From Diadema antillarum (lineage: Eukaryota): 64,000 bases of DNA. A program made the position numbers and the translations under genes. Positions 12,592 through 25,474 of this stretch are shown here, piece after piece. The stretch spans positions 2,480,001 to 2,544,000 of the forward strand of contig NW_027270984.1 of NCBI RefSeq assembly GCF_040938485.1, given 5' to 3'. How positions within the stretch are numbered: position 1 is the stretch's first letter; each line of letters starts with the position of its first letter. Under the pieces are notes generated by a model. That model did not search any database, was not told the DNA's origin, and saw nothing but the letters and a program-made list of their open reading frames with translations.

Positions 12592-13074
12592 CCCTTTTGA
12601 CTCCAACTGGTAATGAGGCTAAGTGGCTACAAAACTAAATAGTCATTAGACGAACTGGTTGTAGACGAAACGGGATTAGACCATGCGGGATGAGACTAAA
12701 GGCTATAAGACGAAGTGGATGTATACACCAAGTGATATGCCATCTTTCAATTAATAGCCCGGCATCGAGTGTCAAAGTTGAAACAGTTATGCACAAATTG
12801 GCGAAAATTGGAAGGAGTGAAGGTAGTATACTTTGCAAAATACCTTCAGCAAATTTGAATGGGGTCTCCCAAGTCGTACGGTCACAGAGCTGGACATTGG
12901 AAAAATAAAAGTTCATGAGTCATCAATACACTAACGAGTCAGAGAAAGCCAACGTGCTAGACACCGTGTATGAAAAACGGTTACACCATCAGGTAGATAC
13001 TTGAAGACATTAAGGCGCCTATTGTCTACCGTATCACAGCACGTGGACCGTACAGCTCCAGGCGTAATTAACAT

Positions 13075-13275
13075 TGGGGTCTAGGGCAATTACCCCCTGG
13101 GCAAGTACCCCAGACCCTTCCCCTGGCCCTAATCCTAATTCTAATCCTGAACCTGACCCTAACCCAAACTGCTATCCCTAAACCTAACCCTAACCCTAAT
13201 CTTAACTCTAACCTTACCACTAACAATATTTAGCCGGGGGTAATTGCCCTCTGGGGGTAATTGCCCGGCTACGAA
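13075..13275. mobile_element. MITE-like insert with a degenerate (CCCTAA)n core
   Basis: Inverted ends agggcaattacccc / ggggtaattgccc(t) flank ccctaa-like repeats. Absent at the equivalent site in copy B (~29535). Confidence 0.65.
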
Positions 13276-13431
13276 CATGGTGCATGATGCCGAAGTCATG
13301 ATGGGCATTTGGGCTGTGTGACTCTTGCGCTGTGTAAGTCGTGGGTTGTAGGAGTAGTGGGTGTCTAGCTCGTGACGTGCACTCACATTCAGGGGTATAC
13401 AAGAATTTCTTCCTGTTCTCCTGATCCACAG

Positions 13432-13591
13432 GGTTACAATGCCACTGACACCGCTCCGCGTGCACAAGTTCGGGGACCTGCTGAAAGAAGTCTTCGGAGA
13501 AAAGTGCGAATATTCTCTCTATGGCGACCTACGGCCTTTTGACGGAGAAAAGGAAATAGCATACTTTCAACATTCCGTGGAAAACATTTGA
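13432..13591 (+). CDS. GNMT: GNMT-like copy A, terminal coding exon (VTMPLTPLRVHKFGDLLKEVFGEKCEYSLYGDLRPFDGEKEIAYFQHSVENI*)
   Basis: ccacag| acceptor in phase 2, matching the previous exon. Motifs FG-KC..S.YGD..P and YF.H match the GNMT C-terminus. TGA at 13589-13591. Confidence 0.88.
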
Positions 13592-13836
13592 TGTGAGATT
13601 CGGATCGACATGTGTTCAAAGAAGTTAAAATGTTTTCCTCTCTCGAGGTTGAATTTATCTGTTGGTCGAACTTTCCTCAAGGACTTCTGTCCTTTTCTTT
13701 TAGCTTTCATTTTGTCATTTTTGTGAATGTTATTGATCATCACTAATGACGCACTCTTCTTGCTGTCCATACCATTACTCACTTTACTAAACATGCACAC
13801 TGCATTGTAGTGTAGTATATGTTTCTGCAACTCTAC

Positions 13837-15493
13837 AGGCCCTGTCACATTTTTCCGGGCAAGCTATTCGGGCTTGTTGCGTGTTTGAATTTTCCAGCAT
13901 AATTTTTTATTCATTATTATTATTATTATTTTTTTTTTTTTTTTGCGGGCGGACAAAGATTGGGCGAGTTTCGCGTGCGTCTTACCTGCTGGACTTGTGC
14001 TACAATACGTTCTACTAACGTTCTAGTTACAATGTACGGGCAAGTTGCGTGGGAGTTGCTGCTAAATACTGCCGCTGCGGACCTCCTATTAGTTTTCTGC
14101 GTGGACCTCTGCAGACAATCCCCGCGAATCACCTGGAACAGGTTTTGAGCATGCTCAAGGGCCTGCTCTCACACCTTTGCGGGCAAGCCTTGCTTGTGAC
14201 TTGAGGGGAACAGTTACTTTTGCTACCCGGAGGTCCCCGCAGAGGGTCTGCACCTGACAGTACCTAGCACGTATCTCGCCCGTAGTTGCCCGGAGGTGTG
14301 CATGCATGTCCTATTCAGCCGCAGCCAAGTTTGAGCATCTCAAAACTAATTCCGGGTGATTCGCGGGAGTTGCCAGCAGAGGTCCACGCGGAACACCAGT
14401 AGGATCGAGGCCAGAGCTACCAAGTCTCACGCATTCTGCGTGAGACTCACGAATTTAGGGTCCGTCTCACGATCTCACGCATGGTACCCATTTTTCTCAC
14501 GCATCGGGACATAGCTCAAAGGATTGAAGTGATAGTTGCAATTGAAGGTATTTCCCTTTCGTCTTTCAAAATAATAAAAAAATAGTCACTCAAGTATGCA
14601 CCAAATCGCACCATTAAGAGCTAAAAATTGAAAAAAGTCCCTACCGCTGGAGGGGGGACTCCACCCTTCCCCCTGCTCGGTCGCTTCGCTCCCTCGCGCG
14701 CGCATGCGAGTGAGCGCCGAGACGCCCAGTCATGAAAGTCTCACTCATAATTTTTTTTTTTTGAAATTGGCATCTCTGCGAGGCCCGTACAGCTGCCGCA
14801 AGTCACAGGCAGTAAACATACTTGAAGTACGAAGGTTGCTCTTGGATCTATGCCTATATGCGTCAGATACACGTTTAATCTGCGGGCATTCTACGAGCAT
14901 AATACGGGTGTTTTACCGGCAAGGAATGGTGTCGATGCTACCAACGCTCGTGTAGCTGGGCAGTTCTGCGGGCGTGGAACGAGACACGAGTAAATAATCA
15001 TTGCGTGGATGCATAATTATTCATAGGGTCAGTTATAGCCTTGCTGCTGCTTAGTTGAGAGTCGGCTGCGACCAAGATAATGACAATCTGTGGAACCTCT
15101 GCCAAATCAATAGTCCTTCACAGGGATTCCTTCACTGAGTTGTCAAGCCCCACGCGCCTGACACGCAGGTCACACAGAATACCCGCAAGTAAAACTTAAG
15201 TAGCACGCGTCCAGTAGGTAAGAGACATGCCAAATCCTTGTCCGCCCGCAAAAATTGTCCCGTATCCTGGAGAAATCCCCACACGCAACAAGCGTAGCTT
15301 GCCCGGAAAGGTGTGACAGGGCCTAAACATAGTGGCTGCGGGTAAATACGATTTGTGTGCGCACCTCCGGGCAACTGCGGGCGAGATACGTGCTAGGTAC
15401 TATCATGTGCGTGTCATCTGCGGGGATCTCCGGGTAGCAGAAATTACTCTCCGCAAGTCACACGCAAGGCTTGCCCGGAAAGGTGTGACGGCC
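13837..15493. mobile_element. Composite foldback of Harbinger-like TIR sequences
   Basis: aggccctgtcaca...gggcaagct at 13837 is inverted at ~15296-15324. ~13940-14010 is inverted at ~15180-15255, ~14160-14325 at ~15326-15493, and ~14085-14157 at ~14333-14405. Confidence 0.75.
14412..14778. mobile_element. Nested MITE with CAGAG(C/A)T(A/G)CCAA termini (hAT-like ends)
   Basis: cagagctaccaa ... ttggcatctctg, flanked by a direct cgaggc repeat (14406-14411, 14779-14784). Confidence 0.7.
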
Positions 15494-17479
15494 TTTACAT
15501 GATTAATGCAAACAAATTTAAATCATTCTTCATTTAATCCATTTGGTACTCATTTAGAGGTATCAACTGTACTCATTGATTTCAGTTGATAAGTTATTCA
15601 GTGAGTCTGTAGTATTCACCCTGTTGTCATCCAGTCTGATTCAATACCACCATACTATGGTCGAATATGGTCGAGTAGATATTCTTTGTATGAACGTTCG
15701 TACTCGGCACTGGCCTGTCTTTTGCACAGTGCTTGAGATGCATAATTATACGACTACAAGATACAACGTAACCACAAATGTATTACGTTTTAATGGAAGT
15801 TATTGCCTTTTTCATGGAGTAAATGGAATATATAACAATGTTCAAAATCGATAAAAAAAGAAGTGTCAGTTTTCTTCGCGAATTGCTCCTCTTTCTCAGA
15901 GATAAAAATGGGATGTGGAATTCCAAAGCCTTTTCGGAAGGAAGCACATCAAATAAACCGAGTTGTTTTAGTGTTGATTCAATTCGTCAGAGCACGTTAC
16001 GGCAGTGTCGCTTCGATAATGCACGAAACTTCCAATGGATGCATTATCACCATAGTGCCATAACAAATATCTATAAACATTCACATTCCACTTGTGAACT
16101 CCGTTGAAAGTAACTTTGTGATTGTTTTAACTCTACAACATAACAGTCAACTGTTTATGAGGAGAAATGTCGCAAAGATTTCAAAGGTTGGGTCAGTAAT
16201 GAATGAGAGAGGAAAACCATTTAAAAATCTGTGACTTGCTCCTGTTTGAGTGAGTTGGGATGCATATGCAACATGGAACTGAATTTCATAACTAATTGTG
16301 CGAATGAGAATATCTGAACAAAACACACACACACCCATACACAACGTTAGTGATGCTGGTCTTGTATGCACGTACTGCTAAACCCATGCTGATTCTTTGT
16401 TGTTTACTGAGGTTGTTTTTTTGAATTACTAAACGTACTCGCTATTTTGTATGGACTCATCGTTATCAAAATAGTTATTGTCATGGATTCATATCTACAG
16501 TGCATGACTTTTATGCTGTGAATAGGTGGGTTCTGCACAATAAATCTCCCATCTGCAAACGGGCGCCGTTCTTTTATCAGATCCGACGTGCGGATAGTGT
16601 GAGACTGAAGCACTGTGCTCTTTACCTTCAATTCATCGACATATCAGATTGTGTGTTTGTTTGTTTGTTTGTTTGTGTTTTTGACGAATTGCGTGCCAAT
16701 GGCAACTATCAAAATACTAATGGGGTTGGTGACATTGTTAAGAGACAAAAATAGAATTACCGAAAAGTTATTGAAATGTATACTACCGCATTACATACGT
16801 TGTTATAATGCATTCCTAAGGAGAAACACAAATGTAAGCTTTTTGATATTAATTTCTATTATCAAAAAAGTATATAATGTACCAGAGTTATTATAATATA
16901 ATCCACATTTTAATGTCATTTATAAGCTATGAGACATAACCAAAATTATTGAAGACTAATATCGTGAGTATGCTCAGGCTGCACGCAGTCCAATGGCTAT
17001 GGGAAACAATATTACAACAATGATACACATTTTGATGATTTTGTACCTCAAACTTATTTCACTGTTTTCATTCCTCTCTACATTTCCCTCACGCGTGGTT
17101 GGTCCTTCATCACTGACAGAGTTTTGAAGTTTTTGAAGGGGGAGGTGAAGCAGAAAGAGAAGGGTACATCACTTTATTTATCACTGAACTTGCGCTTCTA
17201 ACATTTCAAAGGTGCAAGTGCAGGGCAGAAAGTCGTCTTTTTTCGGGGGGGGGGGGCTCGGAAGGTGTTTTTTTTCGGTCCGTTTCTCCCACCCCACCCT
17301 CCTAAACATTCCGCTGATGAACACCCTTTGCTCTGTAGTTAGCTGCATGGTCAGGCAAGCTCATGATCATGTGCTAATTATTCACAACCGAACCGTCTGT
17401 AACGGTTGCTTAAAATAATACTGAAATCAATCAAATACAGTACCAACAATTCATAAGTTGATGATAGACGATGGAGCAT

Positions 17480-18620
17480 GATGATAATTATAGTCAATAG
17501 TGTCAAATGCAGACGAGTAATCTAGCACCACCAACAGTGTCTCCTGGCCCCTGTCTGCTGCGAGAAGTAGGTCATTAAAACACGTATATCATACCTGTCT
17601 CAACACTGTGATTTCTCCTGTGTGCTGATTGTGTTCTGCCATTCATCTTATTTGATTCCAGATATGATTGTATCTGATTGGCACATGCTGGCTCTACCAA
17701 CTTTGCAACAAATTTAAGCCTTGCTATTGGTTTATAATTCCCAATAATTTTGAATCTACACTATGGCTTCCTAAGAGGATCAACTTGTGCATGTTTGAAG
17801 GAATCTGGAAAACAGCCGCTCACCAGAGAAAGGTTGATAATGCGTGTGAGTATACCGGAGTCAGCTCATTAACATATTTCTTCAACAGTCATGTGGGTAT
17901 TGGACCCTGGTTGCAGGACGAAGATGGTGAAGTCAACATTAGCTTCCTTACCGCTGTCCCGGTGACGGGTTGAAATTCTGCAAAGGTTTGGCCGTGGTGA
18001 CGTGCAAGGAAGTGAAAGTGATGACTGGTTGTTTGATAAATTTGCCGATTCATTCTTTATGTTTTGAATTTTCTCAGAGAAGAACTGCACAAACTGGTTT
18101 ACCAAGTGAGAATACCCACCATACTTGGATGGCAGAACCCTGTCAGACGGTGACGAGGAGAGTTTGGTGAACTTTTGAAACATTTGCCGAGTGTTGCAAT
18201 CCTCGAAGGATTTCTTGTGGTATTCCACATCTTGTTTGTTTTCTTCTAACGAAGGCTTAAATCTAGCTCGCCGATCTCGAAAAACTTGTTGGTACACTTC
18301 AAGATTCTGACAATTTTTAAGACGTTCCCATCATCTCCGAAGTTCCTTCTTTGTCGCACGAATAGAATCATACCAAGGTGGATGTGGACGAGCAGTAATT
18401 GTTAGTATCTCAGGTGAATGCTTGTTCAGCAGAACACATAAGAAAATCCTCGTACTCTTCTACTAATTCGGCTATATCAGAAGATGGGGCAAGAAACAAT
18501 GATTTGTAATGAATTTGTAATGCCACAGCGAAATGCCTCCAAATATGTCACGAAGCTTACGCGTCTTCATGACAATCTTTCCTGGTTTGACTGTATTACA
18601 ATTAGACAACCGCAAATGTA
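17480..18620 (-). mobile_element. Degenerate L2-type LINE ORF2 fragment (EN-RT linker and RT N-terminus)
   Basis: The minus strand reads PPWYDSIRATKKELRR, FVQFFSEKIQNI, SCNQGPIPT*LLK, IINLSLVSGCFPDSFKHAQVDP, GNYKPIARLKFVAK and HSVETGMIRVFNDLLLAAD.G.ETLLVVLDYSSAFDTID. Confidence 0.9.
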
Positions 18621-18786
18621 AATATATATGAACATTAAAACTTAATGGCATTCAAAAGATGAGACCTTACCTCAGTTTGCAATGATAGTGCAATATAGCT
18701 CTCGTTATGATAGAAAAAAAAATAACCGCTTATATCGAAATCCATTATCGATACTCTGAATGGCGTTCTTCATTAGCCTTTTGTCA

Positions 18787-18872
18787 AAGCCCTCTCGCAG
18801 TATGGTGATGAGAGCCCAGCCGGGCGCGCGGCTGGGCTCGCTTCACTCGCCCGTTACAGCAAGAGGGCCTTG
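18787..18872. repeat. Short GC-rich palindromic mini-element
   Basis: 11-bp stem gagcccagccg / cggctgggctc, inside outer arms aagccctct / agagggcctt. Confidence 0.6.
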
Positions 18873-21800
18873 ACCAAAGGCTAATTGTTTGTTTCGACCT
18901 TGACTGTACTATGGATGGCTCGTGACAATTAATGACGTACCATAGTAAGTTCATGGACACACGGCGTTGTGCTGGTTGGCAAGTGCGGTTCTCGATCATA
19001 TCAACGTATTTGTCATACAAGATACAGTGATGATCAATTCAGGATTTCCTTTCCGAGACTTTTGTTCGGACAGCAGTCGTGCAGGCAACGTTTCGATAGT
19101 GTGAAGAAGTAACTTGAAAGGGGGAGGCAGCTGGCTTTTACCACTGAATTTGGTTTAGTTCAACAGTGAAAACCACACACCTTATAAGCCCCTGGAATGG
19201 AGGTAGGGATACTATTAAAGCCTATTATGGCATTATTTATATGGTTTACTGTATGACAATGTATCTTCATTTTTCTTTATTTAATGATTATGAAAAGAAA
19301 AATGAAAAGAATCAGCATCTTTGTAGAACGAAATTCATGGTGTCTAAGTCCCTATGCGATAAAATATACAATTGTTATTGCAATGGTAACGAGTGTTATG
19401 CTACTTTAAGCCGGAAAATGAAAAGATACCTTTCTAAAGCAGATTTTTTTTTTTCATGGAGGTTCAATGCTCACTTCAGAACCTGAATTATCCTTCATGA
19501 TTACAAAAGGAATTTTGATAAACTCTGTTGATGCTGAGAGAGAGAAACAAAATAAAACTTAAGGAGAACCTATCTGGTTTTAACCCGTTGTACGAATCTA
19601 TCCCTGTCTGTAAATATTGCCGAGAGAACAAAAAACAACAACAAACAAACAAACAAACAAATTAGGCTAGAAGGAAAAAGGCTGTGGTTGTATCCTGTTG
19701 CATCAATCTGTCTCTTCAAGTTTTTTTTTTTTTTTTCAACAATAGACCGGGAAAGGCTGCAGTGACAATTGGCTGGATGATAGCAAGGTTGCAGTGACAA
19801 TGTGCTGGGTAATGGCAATTCAGTGAGAGTGTCCCCTAATCAGTTATACTGGTGTAAATTCACCATTTCCCTTGATCTGGTTATCATGAAATTTCAGTTA
19901 CCGTGAACTTTTGAGAAGTACATTTTGAAAGTAAAGTGAATTGGGTTTGACGTAATATAATTTTGCGTGCTATATGCGGAGCGGTTGCGGAAAATCTAAT
20001 CTGTACGGTATATTTTCTTTGAATTAAACTTTTGGCACAAACATGACAGATAGAAATGCGAGGTAGGTATCACAAGTGAAGAATTACACTTCCAAACTTT
20101 TCTGACAAAAGCTTTTGTACGGTGTTAAAGGCTTTAAATATGCCGTCGTACACTTCAAGTTGAATTGCAAATGAAATACATTTTTTTTAAATATATGAAT
20201 ACACATATTTACCAATATCGTGAGTTTGTGATAGCCAGAACTAACGTCAAATTATTGTATTGTGCTATCATGAACTTTACGTCACTTTATGAGCTTCACA
20301 AAAGAGATGTTCTTGGATGGAGTCTTTTTTTATGCAAATTAGATAGTCTGCTCTTAGAATTTCGCTTGGGACTCGAGTTTGGGTAGTTCCACATTCCGGC
20401 AAAATTGGATCATACTGAAAATAAGGTGCCTAATTCTTACTTTCGAATGTCTCCTGCATTCACGTTTTTCAAAATTGCACTAAAATTATCATGTAGTTTA
20501 CCATTGTATAGATGGACACATTGTATAGCTAGTTTTATCTGTATACAACCATGGATCGTTTATGAAATTATCGCCTCCGCAAAAGAACTCCGGCTGCTGA
20601 GGTCATGGGGATGTCATTATATCCTGCTGTGCGATACTGCAATACGCATCTTGCGCGTGACTGATTGAGGCCTGACGATGCAAATGTATTTAACATCTGC
20701 AATAAAGTAAATGATAAGCAGGAAATAACAAATTTGACACACTTTATGGAATAAACGCATGTACCTCTTGCTCTCTAAAGTCAATGATGATTTTTTTTTC
20801 TTTTTTTGTTTGTTTGGATCTTCAAAAAAAAATCATCAATATTTTGAAAGTACTCTAAAAAAATCACAAATTGCAGTTGAGGTAAATGAGGCCCAACGGA
20901 TTGGTTTAAGGAACCAGAGGTACTAAGTGTTAAAAAAAAAAATCCCACTTTTGATTCTTGATATTTCAAAAACTATATATCAGAAGTCGTTTTCATTAGG
21001 AAGGAAGGTGGTATCGCTTCGGGTGTGTTTTGTGTGTGGGGTGTATGTGTGTATGTGCGTTTTTGGTGTTGGTGTGTATGTGTGTTGGTGTTTGGGGTGT
21101 ATGTGTGTGGTGGTTGTGGATGTATGTGTTTGGGGTTGTGGTGGGGGTGTGGGATAGGTTTGAGTGCATCGGGGTTGTGGGGGATGGGGATTTGATTTCG
21201 ATGAAATGATTTCATTCTAGTTTTGTATAACGTATTTTTGTTGCTTTTTTATGTATATACCCTTGTATATATATACCCTTACATACTCGATTTATAATCG
21301 AGTTGTTATGTTGAAGAGAGATGATTGGCAGTATAAGTATACCATAGTCAAAGATATATATACATTTTTTTTGTACATGTCAATACTTTCTCGTGAAGAA
21401 ATGGTCAGTAGGATTGATTTATAATCGAGTTGTTATGTTTGAAGGGGGATGATGGGCAGTATAAGTTGGTAATGGATTTATCTTTTGAATGGCATTTGTA
21501 CCGTTTTTATGTTCATGTTACACCCAGAATGGGTTGATTTATGATTGATTTGAATGAAATCAATAAAATATCATTGAAAAAAAAAAGTGAGTAAGTGTGC
21601 GGTACATGCGCGCGTGTATTGTAAGTTATTTAAGTTTGCGTGAAGAATATGAGGTACATGTATTCATCAATATCATAACTATTTTCTATTGTCTTCTTCA
21701 TGTTATGGAAATATGTGAAAAGTATTTAATTGGTTTTCAGGTTAGAAGTTTGGTAACCATTACCTCCTTGAACCCATACATTGTCACCACCACAGACTCT

Positions 21801-23369
21801 GAGTATGGATATCATAACATGCAAAGGGGCAGAAAATACCCGACAACCATCACGATCAATATATCGCAACATTCCTATTATATAGGGGTATTAAATAGCC
21901 TTATAGCGCAAAGTATGATGGGGGATGCAAGCACACCACCTAGGCCAGTCTAGCTGTCTAGACTAGATTCGCAAGCTGCTGCGATCATACCCTAGCTAGC
22001 CTGCTTTTGCTTCACTTACTCTATACTTTACGTAGAAAAAGTATAAAGATGATATCGAACAATTCATCTTCATTGATCAAAGCATCCATCTCAATATTCA
22101 ACATTTATCTAGGAACTTCTCTCTATAGTTAAGTGTGTGGGAAAATACATTATCTGAGAAAATTATGCAGTCTATACTAGTGCATACAAGATCGTGGTTT
22201 TTAGACCAGTATTGTCTCATATATTTACACATGGATGTCAAGATAACATGTCAAAGGGATGGTATAGTATTGGTGGAGATGAGGATTGGGCTTTTAACTT
22301 TTGGTTGAATATTCAAAAACTTCGACAGTGTATCACCCCTCCTGCGCCTGTGAGCAAGAGTTGGGAATTTGAGGTGTACTGGCCGTTATTCATTTATTTA
22401 TTTTTTATTTATTCATTTATTTATGTATTTATTCATCTATTTATTTTTTATTTGTTTGTTTTGTTTCAGTAGGGTAGCTCTGTCAGTGGCTAAACACTGT
22501 CATTCTCAGAGGCCCTACATTATTGATATCCTTTTTTGTGGCTGCATGCCACCATTATCCACATCTTTATGCTTTACCTAATCTTTGATATCATCATCGT
22601 CTATAAAGCGTTGTTCCGTTACTACATTGAATATTTAATTTACTTGCCAATACAGGATTTTTTTTTCTTTTTCTACAGTGGAAATTCAAAGAACATTACA
22701 TTTTCGCACACACTATATGTTTGTGTTTATGATAGAATCTTGGAAATGACAATTTTTTTTTTCTCGTTCCACAATGAAGAATGCAACAAGAGCAAACAGA
22801 AATGCATACCAATGGGCCAATCTAACAGCAGCAGACGACGTGTCATAGCTATTAGCGAATATCATATACATTGCTGTGAATTTAAGTTTGGCCTTGAGGG
22901 GATACAACATTTATTACCTGAAATAGAATCAAAGTGCCCGAAACGAAGACGAGGGCAATTAATGTCGTATCCCCCGAAAGTAGACAGTCCATGATACATA
23001 TTATCATTATTATTACCCATTTCAGGCATCTTGAGGAGTAAATTAAATCATAACAATGTAAACTTTGTGCAACTTTCCAATTCACGGCAACAATTTTCCA
23101 CTCGGCGCCAGCTAGAGCTTCACACCACATTGCGCGCTACATCCCTGTATACACAGTCCAGCTCATGGAACGCGGCGCGCGTACAACAGGGAATTTTAGC
23201 AGTGATCGGAGATTTTTAATGGATTTTTGAAGGAATTTTTATCTCTTTGAGGGTAGGGTAAATGACTTGAGAGTTCAAGCTGCTCTTAAAGCTCTGCTCA
23301 GGCGAGGCGCCGCGTAGCTGCAAGCTGATGACGTGAACAAAAGAGTTCTGTTAGCAAGGATGATTACGA

Positions 23370-23982
23370 GGGGTGGTTTTCTGAAAATCTTTTTAAGTTT
23401 CTTCCTAGTAAAGTCAGAAACTTAGAAAGTACCCAGGAAAGACAGAATTGGTATTCTGCAATTTCTTCCTAGGAACTTATCTATGCAAATTAGGCCATCC
23501 TTTTCCCCGCCCACGTCCTTTCTTAAGCCAATACGAAATGCCGTATCAACCAATGACAATCGCATAGGGTGGGTTAAATACACGTGTGCGCTGCATGTCC
23601 CTTTTCTCACGCCCATCATCAAAGTACTTGCAAAGACGCTTAACTTATCTCTACTATCTTTGGTACTTGTTGCGCGCATGAATGACAAGCGCGCCTATCA
23701 CGGTGTTTTGTAGCTTGCTCTTCTTAACAACGTACTTAGGACAGTGGTGGGGCTTTCCTAAATATTTCCTAAAATTCTTTCCTAAGTGCATTTTAGAATA
23801 CCAACTTCGTCCTATAAAGTCAGAAATATGCGTACTCCCGCCCCCTTCAAAGTTCTTTCCTACATATAGGGGAAAAAAAACTCAGGAAAAGCCTTCGAAA
23901 GAAACTTAGGAAGCCACTTAGGAAAAAATCCTGATATATAGGAAGAAATTTCTTCCAAGGAAGGATTTCAGAATACCATCCC
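23370..23982. mobile_element. Harbinger-like MITE
   Basis: TIRs gggtggttttctgaaa / tttcagaataccatccc, with an internally quasi-palindromic ttaggaa/ttcctaa-rich body. Confidence 0.7.
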
Positions 23983-24103
23983 AGGGACCTGTTTTATGAA
24001 GTTAAAATTGATTATATAGCTGATTTAAACTCCAAGTCTATGGGAGCCTATCTGGTAAGGAATTTTAAGATCGATTTTTTATCTTTTGATAAAACGGGGC
24101 CCT
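23983..24103. mobile_element. Second, abutting ~120-bp Harbinger-like MITE
   Basis: agggacctgttttatgaa ... ttgataaaacggggccct inverted termini. Confidence 0.65.
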
Positions 24104-24387
24104 GAACATGTTATACAAATATTGACTGCTCATTGAGGATGATGGAGGAAATTACCATTTCCAAGATTCTTTTCAATTGTTATAACTGGGGCTGGCTTAA
24201 ATCTTTTTGTCATATTATGAAATATCATCCATGTTTTTGTCATTTTATGAAATATCATCCATGTTTACTATCTTTATGTGTACAGTTTAAGATATGTGTT
24301 GCTCTCGTGTTCATGACCGTTAAGTGCTAACAAAAAAAAAAATGTTAAAACTATCTCCACATAATTTTGTCATACAAATTTTGATAG

Positions 24388-24506
24388 GAAGGATTCTATT
24401 ACTCTCCTCAACAACAAAATGGAAGTAGTGAGCTGTGACGACGCTGAGGCGATGCTCTACCATGCCAGGAAGGAACGAACTCGCATGAAAAATGTTACCA
24501 GCTGGG
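24388..24506 (+). CDS. GNMT: GNMT-like copy B exon (G-KDSITLLNNKMEVVSCDDAEAMLYHARKERTRMKNVTSW)
   Basis: gatag| acceptor in phase 2, |gtcagt donor in phase 1. Aligns to GNMT [31 protein letters not shown]...W. Not in the ORF track because it is a short exon. Confidence 0.85.
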
Positions 24507-25474
24507 GTCAGTAATGATTATTGTTTTGATGATAGTTTCAGAGATGTAATTCTTAGCAGCTCATATTTTATCGATCGGGATTATCGAAGGAGAGGACATA
24601 TCTTTATCTGAAATGTATGGACTTCAAGAAGGACTAAAAGAAAATAATCATTGAAGAGTTCGCGTTGATCACTTTCTTTATACAAAGATAGACGTGTGAT
24701 ATTTTCGTACACCACACGCACAAACACGCAACATACATTATGTATACGTATGTATACATATATGTATATTTATGTACATTTCTGCAAACTCTTGATACGA
24801 ACGGTAGTCACATTACATAAATGTGTGATTTTTTTTGATAGGGAAATAAATATAGCTCTAATCAGAACTTTTGGATGAATCTAAATGATTTGCTATCTGA
24901 ATATTTTGTTGTGATTAACAGCCATAAACTGATTTGAAGATTATTATTATCATTTTTTTTTTGCATGAGCTATCAATAGAATGAGAGAACTATCAAGCAA
25001 TGCTCTCAGCTAATGTAAATGTGAAAAATATACACTGTCTCTGAATTTCCGAAAAAACGCGCCATTATCATTTCTCTTCTCTGATGTTTTAGGCCCAAGT
25101 CAGTTCACGCAGGCATAAAGCGGTAGATAACGAATGTATGTATTTGATAAGTGTATAAAGTCACAACTTGATATCAAGAATATTGACGTTTTATAGGATT
25201 GTTTGTTGTTTTTTGTTCTATGTACAAACTTTCCTTTAACATTTTCATTTCAGTTTCTGAATTAAATATTCGTGCCTATTTATTTCACGACACCCTTCTA
25301 TAGGAGTTGTTGTATCACAGTGCTTTGCCAGAGTTTAAAAGTGTTCAAATTATTCAGAATTAAGGTAGGATACTTGGATGTGTCGGACTTTGACGTTCGA
25401 TTTAAGACTTCATACTGCTCAGTCAACGAACAACGACTGCAATCATGACTAATCGGCCAGGACTTTCTTCACAG

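Larger units (their letters stand above)
10475..12602 (-). mobile_element. Penelope-like retroelement (PLE), 5'-truncated, with inverted pseudo-LTRs
   Basis: Flanked by the 15-bp direct repeat ccaactggtaatgag (10460-10474, 12603-12617). The paralog has a single site near 29080-29095. ~410-bp inverted repeats at ~10535-10948 and ~12194-12605. GIY-YIG remnant inside. Confidence 0.92.
6588..13670 (+). repeat. Duplicated block A (GNMT-like introns, last two exons, ~80 nt of 3' UTR), paralogous to 25940-32276
   Basis: Long co-linear near-identity by eye: 6588-10474 to 25940-29095, 12603-13070 to 29082-29545, and 13280-13670 to 31893-32276. Copy-specific insertions break the alignment. Confidence 0.95.

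Noticed and set aside
16158-16195. Possible phase-2 mini-exon ending GG|gtcagt as GNMT exon 1
   Set aside because: It translates QLFMRRNVAKISKVG, with no resemblance to the LDVACGTG motif.
20045-20064. ATG ACA GAT AGA AAT GCG AG|gtaggt as a GNMT start exon
   Set aside because: The donor and phase are plausible, but the exon is too short to distinguish from chance and no linking motif-I exon was found.
20545-20668. LLRSWGCHYIL resembling GNMT LLRQHGCHRVL
   Set aside because: It is not followed by D.ACG.G or a phase-2 donor; probably coincidental.
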